From the NCBI GenBank assembly GCA_964016885.1, contig OZ024748.1, positions 45,074,001 to 45,138,000 on the forward strand: a stretch of DNA of 64,000 bases, given 5' to 3'. This document shows positions 26,488 through 38,996 of this stretch, one piece after another. The position numbers and the translations under genes are program-made. The DNA comes from Eledone cirrhosa (Eukaryota). How positions within the stretch are numbered: position 1 is the first letter of the stretch; each line of letters opens with the position of its first letter. The notes under the pieces were generated by a model that saw only the letters and a program-made list of their open reading frames with translations, had not been told where the DNA came from and made no database searches.

Positions 26488-26556
26488 GTTTTATCTGATG
26501 AAAACACAAATATTATTGCATGATGATGTTTGTTTTTGAAATGCGCATAATACAAT
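26488..26556 (+). ncRNA. Type I hammerhead ribozyme
   Basis: Mirror of 26272-26340; one stem I mismatch. Confidence 0.8.
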
Positions 26557-26680
26557 ACATGGAACTCCTTTAACCATCTTTTGATCTCATATATTATGTA
26601 TACTCCAGTCCTACAAACTGTAGAGTGCTTCTTATCCGATATCTGCATTGCTTTATTGTACTACAATAAAACTCACCTCC

Positions 26681-26726
<46 letters not shown>

Positions 26727-27715
26727 ATAGTGAATTTTCCCACTCTCATAACTCCTACACACACACACACACACACACACAGACACACACATACATGTAT
26801 ATATGAAAATTTGTTATGTCTTGAAAGCCGTTGCAATGATTAAATATATAATCTAGCGGAACGGTTTTCTTAGAAATAGTCGGTGGGAATACCAGAAAAT
26901 AGAATTGAACATGGGTCCCCCCCCCCCAACAACAACAACCACCACCACCACAACCACCACCACCACCACCCCACCAGCCCCACAACCACAAAATGGAAGA
27001 TGACATGAGATCCCCCCCTGCCCAACACCACCACCACCACAACCACCACCACCACCACCCCACCAACCCCACAAACAGAATATGAAAGATGATGTGAGCC
27101 CCCCCCCCAACACCACCACCACCACCACCATCAGAAAATAGAAGATGATGTGACTCCCAATTCCCCTCCCCCCTCAACACCAACACCCTCACCAACACCA
27201 CCCGGACCCCCGCCCTCACCCCACCAACCACCACCAGAAAACAAAAACGCAAAAAACAAAAAAAAAGAACACACACAAAACAAACCAAAAAGCAGCAACA
27301 ACAAAAATGAAATATCATGAACATCAACAACAAAAACAACAACAACAACAACAACAACAAGAACACCCCACCCACCCACCCCCACCTCCAAAAAAAAAAA
27401 CCATGAGTGACGTTTCGCAGTTTCTACGTTTTTTGTTGTGTTTGACATCGTCTGCTACTGTTCAATTGAATGTCATTTAGCTTTTCACCTGAATAATATT
27501 TATTATTCTCACAAACAACATTTACCTTTTGTCCCGCTCACTGTTCATGCATATATCTTATATGATTTTTTTTTCTTACGTTTGAGTAATGTTTTTTGTA
27601 TTTGCTGCATTGAAGCAGAAAAACAAAGGATGAGAACTTGCTGACTTATGAGTTGACAAAATAGAATGGAAACAGAACGGTAATAGGAATATTGAGATTT
27701 CTATTACTGATGTTA

Positions 27716-27855
<140 letters not shown>

Positions 27856-28185
27856 CTATATATATATGTATATGTATGTATATATATATATGTATATTTA
27901 TTAAAATAACAGATTAAAGTTTAAGCAAAGAATCGCTGCTTTCACCCTTAACGGGATCTTCTGAAACTAACAAAGTCAATCTGTAAACGCAGAAGTGGAT
28001 ATTTCAAAAAACGTTGCAACCGGAGGAAGACAGGAAGTCGATACTAGACGGTTCTTATATATTTGATATATATTTATCCTTATCGAGCCCTCTTTGGATT
28101 TTAGTCTTCAAATTTATTATTATTACTATATATATGTATATATATGTATATGTATATATATGTATATGTATATATATATATAAGT

Positions 28186-28672
28186 CATTCCGGGTTGAAT
28201 CGGAGGTAACCACAGTAAGTAAGGTACTCAATACATAGCAGAGTATAAAGGTTTTAATATAGAAGAGCTTCTACAGGACTAGAACTGTTTCATTCGTGAG
28301 AAATCATCAGGAAGCTGACTGTCCAAGTAAATATGGTGGTATTTATATCTTTTCTGGTGGTAGGAGAGGGTGGGGAGTGGGATGGGTGGAGGTCATTGGT
28401 TGACAGAAGAGGGAATTCTTTAAAAGCTAATTCTTTAACGCTATAATTTATATTTAGAGTGACAAAGGCAGAAAGAATTCTATAAACAAGTTCAAATTGG
28501 AGTGCCACTCCTTATTTTTAAGTTTCTCTTAAGCTAACAATGCCTATATTTCAGGTGTCTACAAGATGGGTGGAAGTCATGGTTGATGAGTTTAAAGAAA
28601 GGGGAATTCTTTAAAAGCTAATTCTTTAAAGCTTTACTTAGAGTGATAAAGGCAGAAAGAATTCTATAAACA
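28186..28672 (-). mobile_element. Family F element with partial tandem duplication
   Basis: 28406-28490 is repeated at 28597-28672; 3' end at (TA)n. Confidence 0.65.
28266..28316 (-). ncRNA. Type I hammerhead ribozyme (family F)
   Basis: revcomp AGCTTC-CTGATGA-TTTC tcac GAAT-GAAA-CAG ttctagtc CTG-TA-GAAGCT. Confidence 0.85.
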
Positions 28673-29523
28673 AGCAAAGCGGCGCTGGTCGAGCTGGCGC
28701 GTGAGCCTGTCTGAGGCCAGGCTGCACTGGATGGCATCCCAAGTGCGTTGGGGGGACTTGACGTCAACAGGGGGAGAAGGAGGAGGGACGTCTACAGGGC
28801 TAAGTCCCAGCCGGTCCCACGTCTCACAGGCGGCCTCACGTTCTCTGAACACAGAGGGTTCTGTTGTGTTTTGAAGAACCCTGCTGACGAGGACGCGCCA
28901 CGAGGTTACCGACGAAAGATACGCCGGCAAAGCTAGTGAGATCAGGGACCGGAGGCCAAGGCCGCCATACCTGAGAGGTAAAGTGGGCTGTTGCCACCCT
29001 ATGTCGTCAAACTTGACGTTGCATATCTCCTCGGCTGCTGCTGGGATACAAGTATCGAGGTCAGCGAGGTGAGATGTCTGGGTGTAGTACGGAGCGCTGC
29101 GGAGTGTATGGAGGAGCTTCGGCATGGCGAAACAGTTCCTCAGCAGAAAGAGCGCTGGGTGGCCGTCAGTCAAGCCCAGTCGGCTCGTGAGAGTCTGGAG
29201 CTGTTAAAGCCTGGACCCGATGGTGGAGCGGATGGCCGGCGGGTGGATCGGTGACCCGAGGATGAGGAATCCCCTTTGGGGGTTACCTGAACGTGGCGGA
29301 GAATGGACCGCACGTCCAAGACGGGGGCTGCAAAGCTCGCAGCATCGAGGCTGACATTCACCACCTCCGACTTGGCCGAGTTGACCTGGAGGCCGATTCC
29401 CGCCAGGGCAGGAACCACCGATTGAAGGTCATGGCAGACCATCCATACGGGCCCGCCCAACGTAGCATCATCCAGATACCAAACGTTGAGAGGGACCGTG
29501 ATACTCCGGGCGATGTGGTCAAT
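28673..29523 (-). pseudogene. CRE-clade non-LTR retrotransposon RT fragment
   Basis: GC-rich island; PLNVWYLDDATLGG, IGLQVNSAKSE, ALFLLRNCFAMPKLLHTLRSAP, WQQPTLPLRYGGLGLRS; frameshifted. Confidence 0.8.
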
Positions 29524-29564
29524 ATATATATATCTTCTTTTATATTTTATATATATATATGTGC

Positions 29565-29648
<84 letters not shown>

Positions 29649-29728
29649 GTTATTCCGGGTTGAATCGGAGGTAACCACAGTAAGTAAGGTACTCAATACA
29701 TTGCAGAGTATAAAGTTTTAATATAGAT

Positions 29729-29781
29729 GAGATTCTACAGGACTAGAACTGTTTCATTCTTTAGAAATCATCAGGAATCTC
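29729..29781 (-). ncRNA. Type I hammerhead ribozyme (family F)
   Basis: Exact mirror of 29784-29836. Confidence 0.85.
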
Positions 29782-29783
29782 AG

Positions 29784-29836
29784 GAGATTCCTGATGATTT
29801 CTAAAGAATGAAACAGTTCTAGTCCTGTAGAATCTC
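29784..29836 (+). ncRNA. Type I hammerhead ribozyme (family F)
   Basis: GAGATTC-CTGATGA-TTTCT aa AGAAT-GAAA-CAG ttctagtc CTG-TA-GAATCTC. Confidence 0.85.
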
Positions 29837-29879
29837 ATCTATATATATATATATATATATATCTTCTTTGATATTTTTT

Positions 29880-29986
<107 letters not shown>

Positions 29987-30102
29987 CGTGTGTGTATGTG
30001 TGTGTATGTGTGTGTGTGTGAATATATATATATATTTTTTTTTGCTATTAGAATTAATACATAGATTCAATCCGATATACCATCCCTATAACTGTTTTAA
30101 AT

Positions 30103-30195
30103 AATTAACTATTAACACTCTAACGAATTAACTATTAACACTCTAACGAATTAACTATTAACACTCTAACGAATTAACTATTCAACACTCTAACA
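30103..30195. repeat. 23-bp tandem repeat x4 (AATTAACTATTAACACTCTAACG)
   Basis: Direct reading. Confidence 0.9.
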
Positions 30196-30759
30196 AAACT
30201 TTAACAGACTTGCATTTAAACCTATTACGAAAACCAGATTATTAATGACATTTCTTATTCGAAAATAAAATTCCCTACAGGTAAAACTTCATTCTAACCA
30301 CTCTAACACAATACAATACTTATATAAATTTTATTATCTTCTTACCTATATATTTTTAATCTAAATTTTACTTTTCTTTGGTTCCATCTATATTCCTCTA
30401 CTTGCTCTATTTTTAAAACAAATTATTCCTCTTGAACAAAGAAATAACAAATATTTAGGATTGTTCTATACTATTCTACTAGATATAACATTGATATCTG
30501 AACCCCTTTTCCTCCAACTTTAATCTTCCTTGACCGTCCACACTTTTCTATACAATCTGACTACGTTCCTTTACACTCGCAAGTTTGTTTTCTTTTCTTA
30601 AAGGTCATTCGATACCTCATCCCCTGACTGCTAATTTATTCATCTACTACTACCAGCTTAATGATCTATATTGCCCCTTCCTATTTTTACTATTGGTCAA
30701 TCTCAACCTTGTTCTTAAAAGGTTACTTATTTATATATGTTTTATATTCTTCAATAAAC

Positions 30760-30908
30760 AAAACTCATTATTTCTGAAGACAGCGGGTAGGGAAGACGTA
30801 TGTATATTTTCTTACTTTGATAATTTGTAATACATTTTACATAGATCATTAATATAATGAACATACGGAGAAGTACCCCCCTGAAACGATCGTAAAATAA
30901 TGAGTTTT
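30760..30908 (+). ncRNA. Type I hammerhead with ~100-nt stem II domain
   Basis: AAAACTCATTATTT-CTGAAGA-CAGcGGGTA..TACCCCCCT-GAAA-CGATCG-TA-AAATAATGAGTTTT; 14-bp stem I. Confidence 0.8.
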
Positions 30909-31094
30909 ACTATAAATTACCCGTATATTGTTTAATTTCATTGTTTTCACTATTTGTATTATTTTTACTCTGCTTCCAATGAATTATATCGTTGAAATTC
31001 TGTATTTTAAACTTTGCTTCACGACATCTTCTACATACAGATTACATTGAGTTCTTCATGCGGCTTGGACCCTACCATTGATTGGTAGATTTAT

Positions 31095-31134
<40 letters not shown>

Positions 31135-31138
<4 letters not shown>

Positions 31139-31362
31139 AAAGAGTGAAGAATAACATGGTCAGAAGTACAAAAAGGGTTTTATTTACAGTATTCCCAATT
31201 GTTTCATTGATTGGGATGTCTAAAGGCTGCTAATCACTCGAAGTTGTGTCACTAAACCTTCAATATAGTGTATGCCTAATCAAATCATCGGAATAACTGT
31301 TAATACTGTAAATAAAACCCTTTTTGTACTGTTGACCATGTTATTCTTCATTCTTTCACTAG
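31135..31362. mobile_element. Fold-back element with degenerate HHR (31190-31295, minus)
   Basis: Arms 31135-31193 / 31301-31362; revcomp TATT-CCGATGA-TTTGATTAGG..CCCAATCAAT-GAAA-CAATTG-gg-AATA. Confidence 0.6.
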
Positions 31363-31521
31363 TATTACTCCAAGATTAACCTGCATAGGAATTCCCGTGA
31401 ACTCGCCACCTAACTAAGGAATCCTCTTATTGAGTCTAACAACGCTGTACGTTAAAACTATTATCAGTACAGAGTACTTTCAACCTCTAACTGGATTAAC
31501 CTATAACGATAATTTGTAATC

Positions 31522-31562
<41 letters not shown>

Positions 31563-31608
31563 ATATATATATATATATATATATATGATATATATATATA
31601 TATATATA

Positions 31609-31902
<294 letters not shown>

Positions 31903-31921
31903 TTGGTGCACTGAAATAGCG

Positions 31922-32299
31922 ATATATATATGAATGTATATATAGTGTATTTTGCAATACACTCTATGCTTAATTAAAAACATTTCGAAGACCTTACGGT
32001 ATTGTTTTAGAGTAGTGACAGTCTCACTTACTTTAATTTTCAGCAAACAGGGGAGATAAAGCTGACAGAGCTCTGTTTCGCACTTTTTGGTGCTTATTAA
32101 AGCTAAGTACTCCTCCTGTTCGCTGAAAATCATGAATGTTTGATTCTTATAGAATTCTAGTAATAATCAGGAACTGATTATACAGGTTATACATAAATTA
32201 AAGTAAGTGAGACTGTCACTACTCTAAAACAATAGCGTAAGGTCGTCAAAATGCTTTTAATTAAGCATACAGTGTATTGCAAAATACACTATATATACA

Positions 32300-32310
<11 letters not shown>
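31922..32310. mobile_element. Fold-back element with degenerate HHR (32060-32104, minus)
   Basis: Arms ~31922-32039 / 32195-32310; revcomp AGCT-TTAATAA-GCAC caaaaa GTGC-GAAA-CAGAGCTCTG-TC-AGCT. Confidence 0.7.
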
Positions 32311-32353
<43 letters not shown>

Positions 32354-32354
32354 T

Positions 32355-32512
<158 letters not shown>

Positions 32513-32710
32513 ATATATATATATATATCCACAGTTCAAGAGTAACCAATCTTAAAGAGAGAGATGGAGATAGGAGAGGATATAGGAGAGGAGAGATTGG
32601 TGAATTAGTTAGAAGCCAAAGCGTAAAGGCATGTGCTCAATGTGCAATATGCAGTAGAAAGCAGCTAGGTGGCTGGGTTCATGCAGAAGTTAGGCGCGCA
32701 GAGCTGGAAA

Positions 32711-32920
32711 TATTCATTAGTTAAGCAAAACAAGACCACAAATTTCACAAGGAAGACATTATTAAAAGATTGTCAACATATTTCAGTTTGATGTAAGGAA
32801 TGTAGAGAATAATAATTATTATTCTCTACATCCCTTACATCAAACTAAAATATGTTGACAATCTTTTAATAATGTCTTCCTTGTGAAATTTGTGGTCTTG
32901 CTTTGCTTAACTAATGAATA
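32711..32920. repeat. ~105-bp-arm palindrome ending at (TA)n
   Basis: Centre AATAATAA|TTATTATT at ~32815; a few arm mismatches. Confidence 0.85.
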
Positions 32921-32982
32921 GTATATATATATATATATGCATACATATATATATATGTGTGTGTGTATATATATATATATGC

Positions 32983-33054
<72 letters not shown>

Positions 33055-33094
33055 GATATTAAACAAATGGAAACTATATTTATAAAACCATATT

Positions 33095-33159
33095 TATTTC
33101 ATTATACATATTTCAGGGATACCATATTAAAATATGGCATGCCTTTGTCAGATAAAATA
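33095..33159 (-). ncRNA. Family D hammerhead, core mutated (CTGACAA)
   Basis: Homolog of 25723-25787. Confidence 0.6.
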
Positions 33160-33232
33160 CAATATATAAACAGTTTTATAAATAAATTTGACGTCACCTA
33201 TTATAAGCGACCATTATTTTTGGAAGCTGTCT

Positions 33233-33271
<39 letters not shown>

Positions 33272-33280
33272 GACACACAC

Positions 33281-33360
<80 letters not shown>

Positions 33361-33393
33361 GTGTGTGTCTGAATATATATATATATATATCTG

Positions 33394-33473
<80 letters not shown>

Positions 33474-34051
33474 GTGTGTGTGTATATATATATTGTTATA
33501 ACTAATGTAGCCAAGAATTCTGAACTGTTGAATGACAGCAGACACATAGATGGCTATTATTATATAAAATGATATATATGGTGGTGCCCCAGCATGGCCT
33601 CTCACTGTCGGTTGGAACACGTAAAAGAGTAAAATACTAAAACAGTAATATAATTTCGAAGAATATTCTGTTTGTCTGACTGATTGTCTGTCTGCCTCTC
33701 TCTCTGTCTGTCTCTCTCTCTCTGTCTCTCTGTCTCTGCCTGCCTCTCTCTCTCTCTGTCTCTCTCTCTGTCTCTCTGTCTCTCTATCTGTCTCTCTGTC
33801 TGTCTGTCTCTGTCTGTCTCTCTCTCTCTCTCTCTCTCCCTCTCTCTCTCTCTCCCCCTCTCTCTCTCTCTCTCCCTCTCTGTCTGACTGGGTGTCTGAC
33901 TGTCTGACTGTCTCGCACTTTCCCTGCCTGTCTGTCTGTTTGTCTACCTCTCACCTCTCTCTCTCTCTCACACACATGTATTCCCACTATCACTAGAAAA
34001 GGTGGCAAAAATGTCCCTATTCTGTCACTCCACCTAGAAGATGAGGACGAG

Positions 34052-34327
34052 AAAAATTCTGCATCTAATAACTGTATATACACATGTAGAGATACAAAAC
34101 ATACGCACATGCACACATATAACCCAAAACACACACCTACACATACAATAACATCTATACCTGCCCCCTCCCCCAACACACACAGACACCCACGCACCCA
34201 CGCAGACAGGCAGACATATCTACCTAGTTGGTGTTGTCTAAATTGCAATGAAAGAGACTTGTGTCTTTGTTAGAAACCGACTCTCTCTCTATTGGTAAAA
34301 ATTTGTGAAATTATAAAACCAGAAGAA
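34052..34327 (+). mobile_element. Dong/R4 3' end fragment
   Basis: Homologous to 17033-17268; followed by (CCTA/CATA)n. Confidence 0.85.
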
Positions 34328-34352
34328 CATACCTACCTACCTACATACATAC

Positions 34353-34760
34353 ATGGTGGCTGCCAACTCGTTTTCGAGTACGGCCACTAATTTATATCCA
34401 TGTAGGAGAACCCCTACCAATGCGCTGAACAAGTGTGACTTTTTAGTCCAGCCAGCGACTTGAAAACTCTGGTATAAACACTACACTTGTGACAATTATT
34501 GACACATAGTGCTGGGCCCATGGTACCATGTGACGACAAGTGCAGAGAGATCTCCAGATATAAAGCAATGCCTGTGTCGTGAAGCTTTTATAGTGAGCAA
34601 AGGCACTGCACAAAGCCAGTCCCACTCTCTTAACCAAGATGATATTTACCAAAAAGAAGAACAAGTCAACATCATTGGATACCATCAGAGTTGCAGGTGT
34701 TATATCAGAGTTTTCCTTCTCCTAGAATTCTGCCTTGACAAAGGCTAAGGGGTCATCTCT
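34353..34760 (-). mobile_element. RTE-derived element, 5' truncated
   Basis: Homolog of the 12811 copy. Confidence 0.8.
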
Positions 34761-34961
34761 ACCTACATACATACATACAAACATACATACCTACCTACAT
34801 ACCTACATACACACATACAAACATACCTACCTACCTACATACATACATACGTACATACATGTATACATACAAACATACATACCTACCTACACACATACAT
34901 AATACATACATACACACCTACATACATACATACCTACATACCTACCTACCTACATACATAC

Positions 34962-35570
34962 ATGTTGGCTGCCAACTCGTTTTCGAGTACGGCCACTACT
35001 TTATATCCATGTAGGAGAACCCCTACGGATGCGCTGAACGAGTGTGACCCCCTAGTCCAGCCAGCGACTTGAAAACTCTGGCACAAACACCACACTTCTG
35101 ACAACCACCGACACACAGTGCCGGGCCCATGGCACCACCCGACGACAAGCGCAGAGAGATCTCCAGATATAAAGCAATGCCTGTGCCGTGAAGCTTTTAT
35201 AGTGAGCAAAGGCACTGCACAAAGCCAGTCCCACTCTCTTAACCAAGATGATATTTACCAAAAAGAAGAACAAGTCAACATCATTGGATACCATCTGGGT
35301 TGCAGGTGTTATATCAGAGTTTTCCTTCTCCTAGAATTCTGCCTTGACAAAGGCTAACGGGTCATCTCTCCCGGTGATTTTGGATGGCCATTGACTCTTA
35401 AGAGCTCCTTTGGCCTTTGACAGGTTTTGTTTATTGTCCTGCAGGATGTCCAAAGTCACCCTCCTCACCAAGAAACCTTGGTCGGGTTGCCAGTTTAGTT
35501 GCCAACGACCCGACCATGAGACAGGTTGTACTGGGATACATGTTACCAGTAGCACCAACTGGTGACCTGA
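34962..35570 (-). mobile_element. RTE-derived element, full length
   Basis: Homolog of the 12811 copy, in (CATA)n. Confidence 0.8.
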
Positions 35571-35861
35571 CATATATACATACATACATATATACATACA
35601 TACATACATATATACATACATAGACACACGCATAGTAATGACTGCCGCTTTCTAGAATCGTCTACAATCATAAAAGTTTATATAATTATATATATATATA
35701 CACACACATATATATATATACATAAATATGCATGTATATATATATGTATATATATATATACACATATATATATATGTATATATATATATAATATATAAAT
35801 GTATAGACACATACACGCACACACACACATATATATATGTATATATAAATACATAAATATG

Positions 35862-35921
<60 letters not shown>

Positions 35922-36082
35922 TATATATATATATATACACATATATATGTATATGTATATATATAAATGTATAGACACACACACGCACACACACACACAC
36001 ACATATATATGTATATATATATACATAAATATGTATGTATATATATATGTATATATATATATATACACATATATATATAGAC

Positions 36083-36115
<33 letters not shown>

Positions 36116-36141
36116 AATGTATACACCCACACACGCACACA

Positions 36142-36210
<69 letters not shown>

Positions 36211-36212
36211 GG

Positions 36213-36244
<32 letters not shown>

Positions 36245-36376
36245 CGTTTCTGAATTTGTTTAGCAAGATTCTTTATCTGAAATCGTGTGTTGAAACCGAT
36301 ATTGTTATACTTTGGGAGGGTCATGTTGCCAATAAGTGGTGTGTTTCTTATTGGCAACATGACCCTCCCAAAGTAT

Positions 36377-36419
<43 letters not shown>

Positions 36420-36509
36420 TACATATATATATACACATATATATATGTATATATATATATAAATGTATAGACACACACACGCACACACACGCACACGCAC
36501 ACACACACG

Positions 36510-36559
<50 letters not shown>

Positions 36560-37739
36560 CGTACATATATATTCTTATCTCTCCGACATTCTTTCGTGTA
36601 AATAATAGTTTTGCCCTACCCTAAGATGAAAACCTAACAGGTGACATTTCTAGTAAATTATGAATTATAATCAAAACGACGTATTTGCAGCGTCTACTGA
36701 CAGATGGCGCTACATTCCTCTGCATGCCGCCGCCATTTAAATTAAAATAAAATAAACAAATCCACATTTAAAAAAAAACATTTCACTTTGTTGTTGTTGT
36801 TGTTGTTGTTGTTCTTCTTCTTCTTCTTCTTCTTCTTCTTCTTCTTCTTCTTCTTCTTCTTCTTCTTCTTCTTCTTCTTCTTTCTTTCTTTCTTCTTCTT
36901 TTTCGTCTCCCCCTCCTTTTTCTTTTTTTACTTCTTTTTCTTCTTCTTCTGCTCCTCCTCCTCTCCCGCCACCTGCTTCTTCTTCTTCTTCTTCTTCTTC
37001 TTCTTCTTCTTCTTCTTCTTCTTCTTCTTCTCCTCCTCCTCCTCCAATCCTCCTCCCCCTCCTCCTAACCCCCTTACCCCCCTCTCTTCTTTCCTCAGTA
37101 TATTCTATATATTCCCTGCTAAATTAAACACATATTTCTAGGTGTGAATCTAGTTGCAGCTAAGCTAAGCTAAGCAAAGCAAAGCCTGGTTTTTCAAGGA
37201 AATAAAATGACAGCTAATTAAAAAAATATTTTTCACACCATTACACATAGCAATAGGATAATAACACACTAACAACTAATTGGAACTAACAATCTATTTC
37301 TTCAGTTTAGTTTACTTCTTAGAATTATTACTTCTCTTATATTTTATTGTGTCTTGTAATATTTCTGGAATAAAACCGAACGCAATCACATTTTATCATA
37401 AGACATTTTAGTTTCAATTGCATTCACATTCTAAATCTATTTTATTCTTCTTTTTTCTACCTCTTCACCACCATCACTACTACCACCACCACCGCTATCC
37501 CCACCACCACCACCACCACCACCATACTACCACAACCACCACCACTACCAACACCACCATCACCACTAACACCACCACCACCACTAACACCCCCCACCCC
37601 CCACTACCATCACCACCATCACCACCACCACCACCACCACCACCAACAACACTACCATCACCACCACCACTATCACCACCACCACCACTATTTATATATA
37701 CATTATATATATATATATATATATAATGTATATAAATAA

Positions 37740-37788
<49 letters not shown>

Positions 37789-37948
37789 TATTGTATATAT
37801 ATATATATAATGTATATATATATATAATGTATATATATATATATATAATTATATATATATAATGTATATATATATATATAATTATATATATATATATATA
37901 TATAATGTATATATACATATATATATATATATAATGTATATATATATA

Positions 37949-37993
<45 letters not shown>

Positions 37994-38109
37994 ATTGCCT
38001 CGGAAACATAACCTTATTATGTAACAAGGTGTCTGATTATGTCACGACACTCGCACACAGAACAGTGTGGCCAGTGTCGTCATTGAAATATATATCACAG
38101 CATTATTAT

Positions 38110-38260
38110 TGACGTATAGAGTTACGGCCCTTGCCATTCTGAGTTTAAATCCCGTCGAGGTTAACTTTGCCTTTCATCCTTACGGGGTCGATAAAATAAA
38201 GTACCAGTAATGCACTGGGTGATTGCTGGCCTTGTGCCTAAAGTAGAAACAATTATTATT
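38110..38260 (+). mobile_element. Nin-core SINE
   Basis: Core plus (ATT)n tail. Confidence 0.8.
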
Positions 38261-38302
38261 AAAGGACTTGAACATCTGAAACTACTTCGCTTTTACTTAT
38301 TC

Positions 38303-38370
<68 letters not shown>

Positions 38371-38399
38371 AACACAAGATGGTTAAAAGAGTTCCATGT

Positions 38400-38468
38400 A
38401 TTTTATTATGCGCATTTCAAAAACAAATATCATCATGCAATAATATTTGTGTTTTCATCAGATAAAAC
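38400..38468 (-). ncRNA. Type I hammerhead ribozyme (family G)
   Basis: Homolog of 26272-26340, intact core. Confidence 0.85.
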
Positions 38469-38629
38469 AGGAAGACATGATATCTTTTGTTCTTATATAT
38501 TATGTATACTCCAGTCCTACAAACTGTAGAGTGCTTCTTACCCGATATCTGCATTGCTTTATTGTACACTCAGCCACGCGCCTTCACGAATATATATATA
38601 TATATTGTACTACAATAAAACTCACCTCC

Positions 38630-38667
<38 letters not shown>

Positions 38668-38713
38668 GGAGGTGAGTTTTATTGTAGTACAATATATATA
38701 TATATATTCGTGA

Positions 38714-38905
38714 AGGCGCGTGGCTGAGTGGTGAGAGAATTAGATTCGCAATCGAGAGGTTGTGAGTTATATCCTTGAGCAAGACACTTTATTTCACGTT
38801 GCTCCTTCTACCTGGAGTTGCGACCGATAGATAGTATTAGCAATTGGAAAAACCAATGGAAACATTGTTTCCTCGCGCCGATTTGACGAAAGTCTGTCGA
38901 CTGAC
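38714..38905 (+). mobile_element. tRNA-derived SINE with Meta-type core
   Basis: GGCGCGTGGCTGAGTGG A box; TCCTTGAGCAAGACACTTTATTTCAC core. Confidence 0.8.
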
Positions 38906-38944
38906 GATATATATATATATACACACACACATATCTATCTATAA

Positions 38945-38996
<52 letters not shown>

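Larger units (their letters stand above)
26241..26685. mobile_element. Palindromic HHR element (family G)
   Basis: Arms 26241-26402 / 26426-26587; second copy at 38370-38565. Confidence 0.85.

Noticed and set aside
30103-30195. CRISPR-like array
   Set aside because: No spacers; plain tandem repeat in eukaryotic DNA
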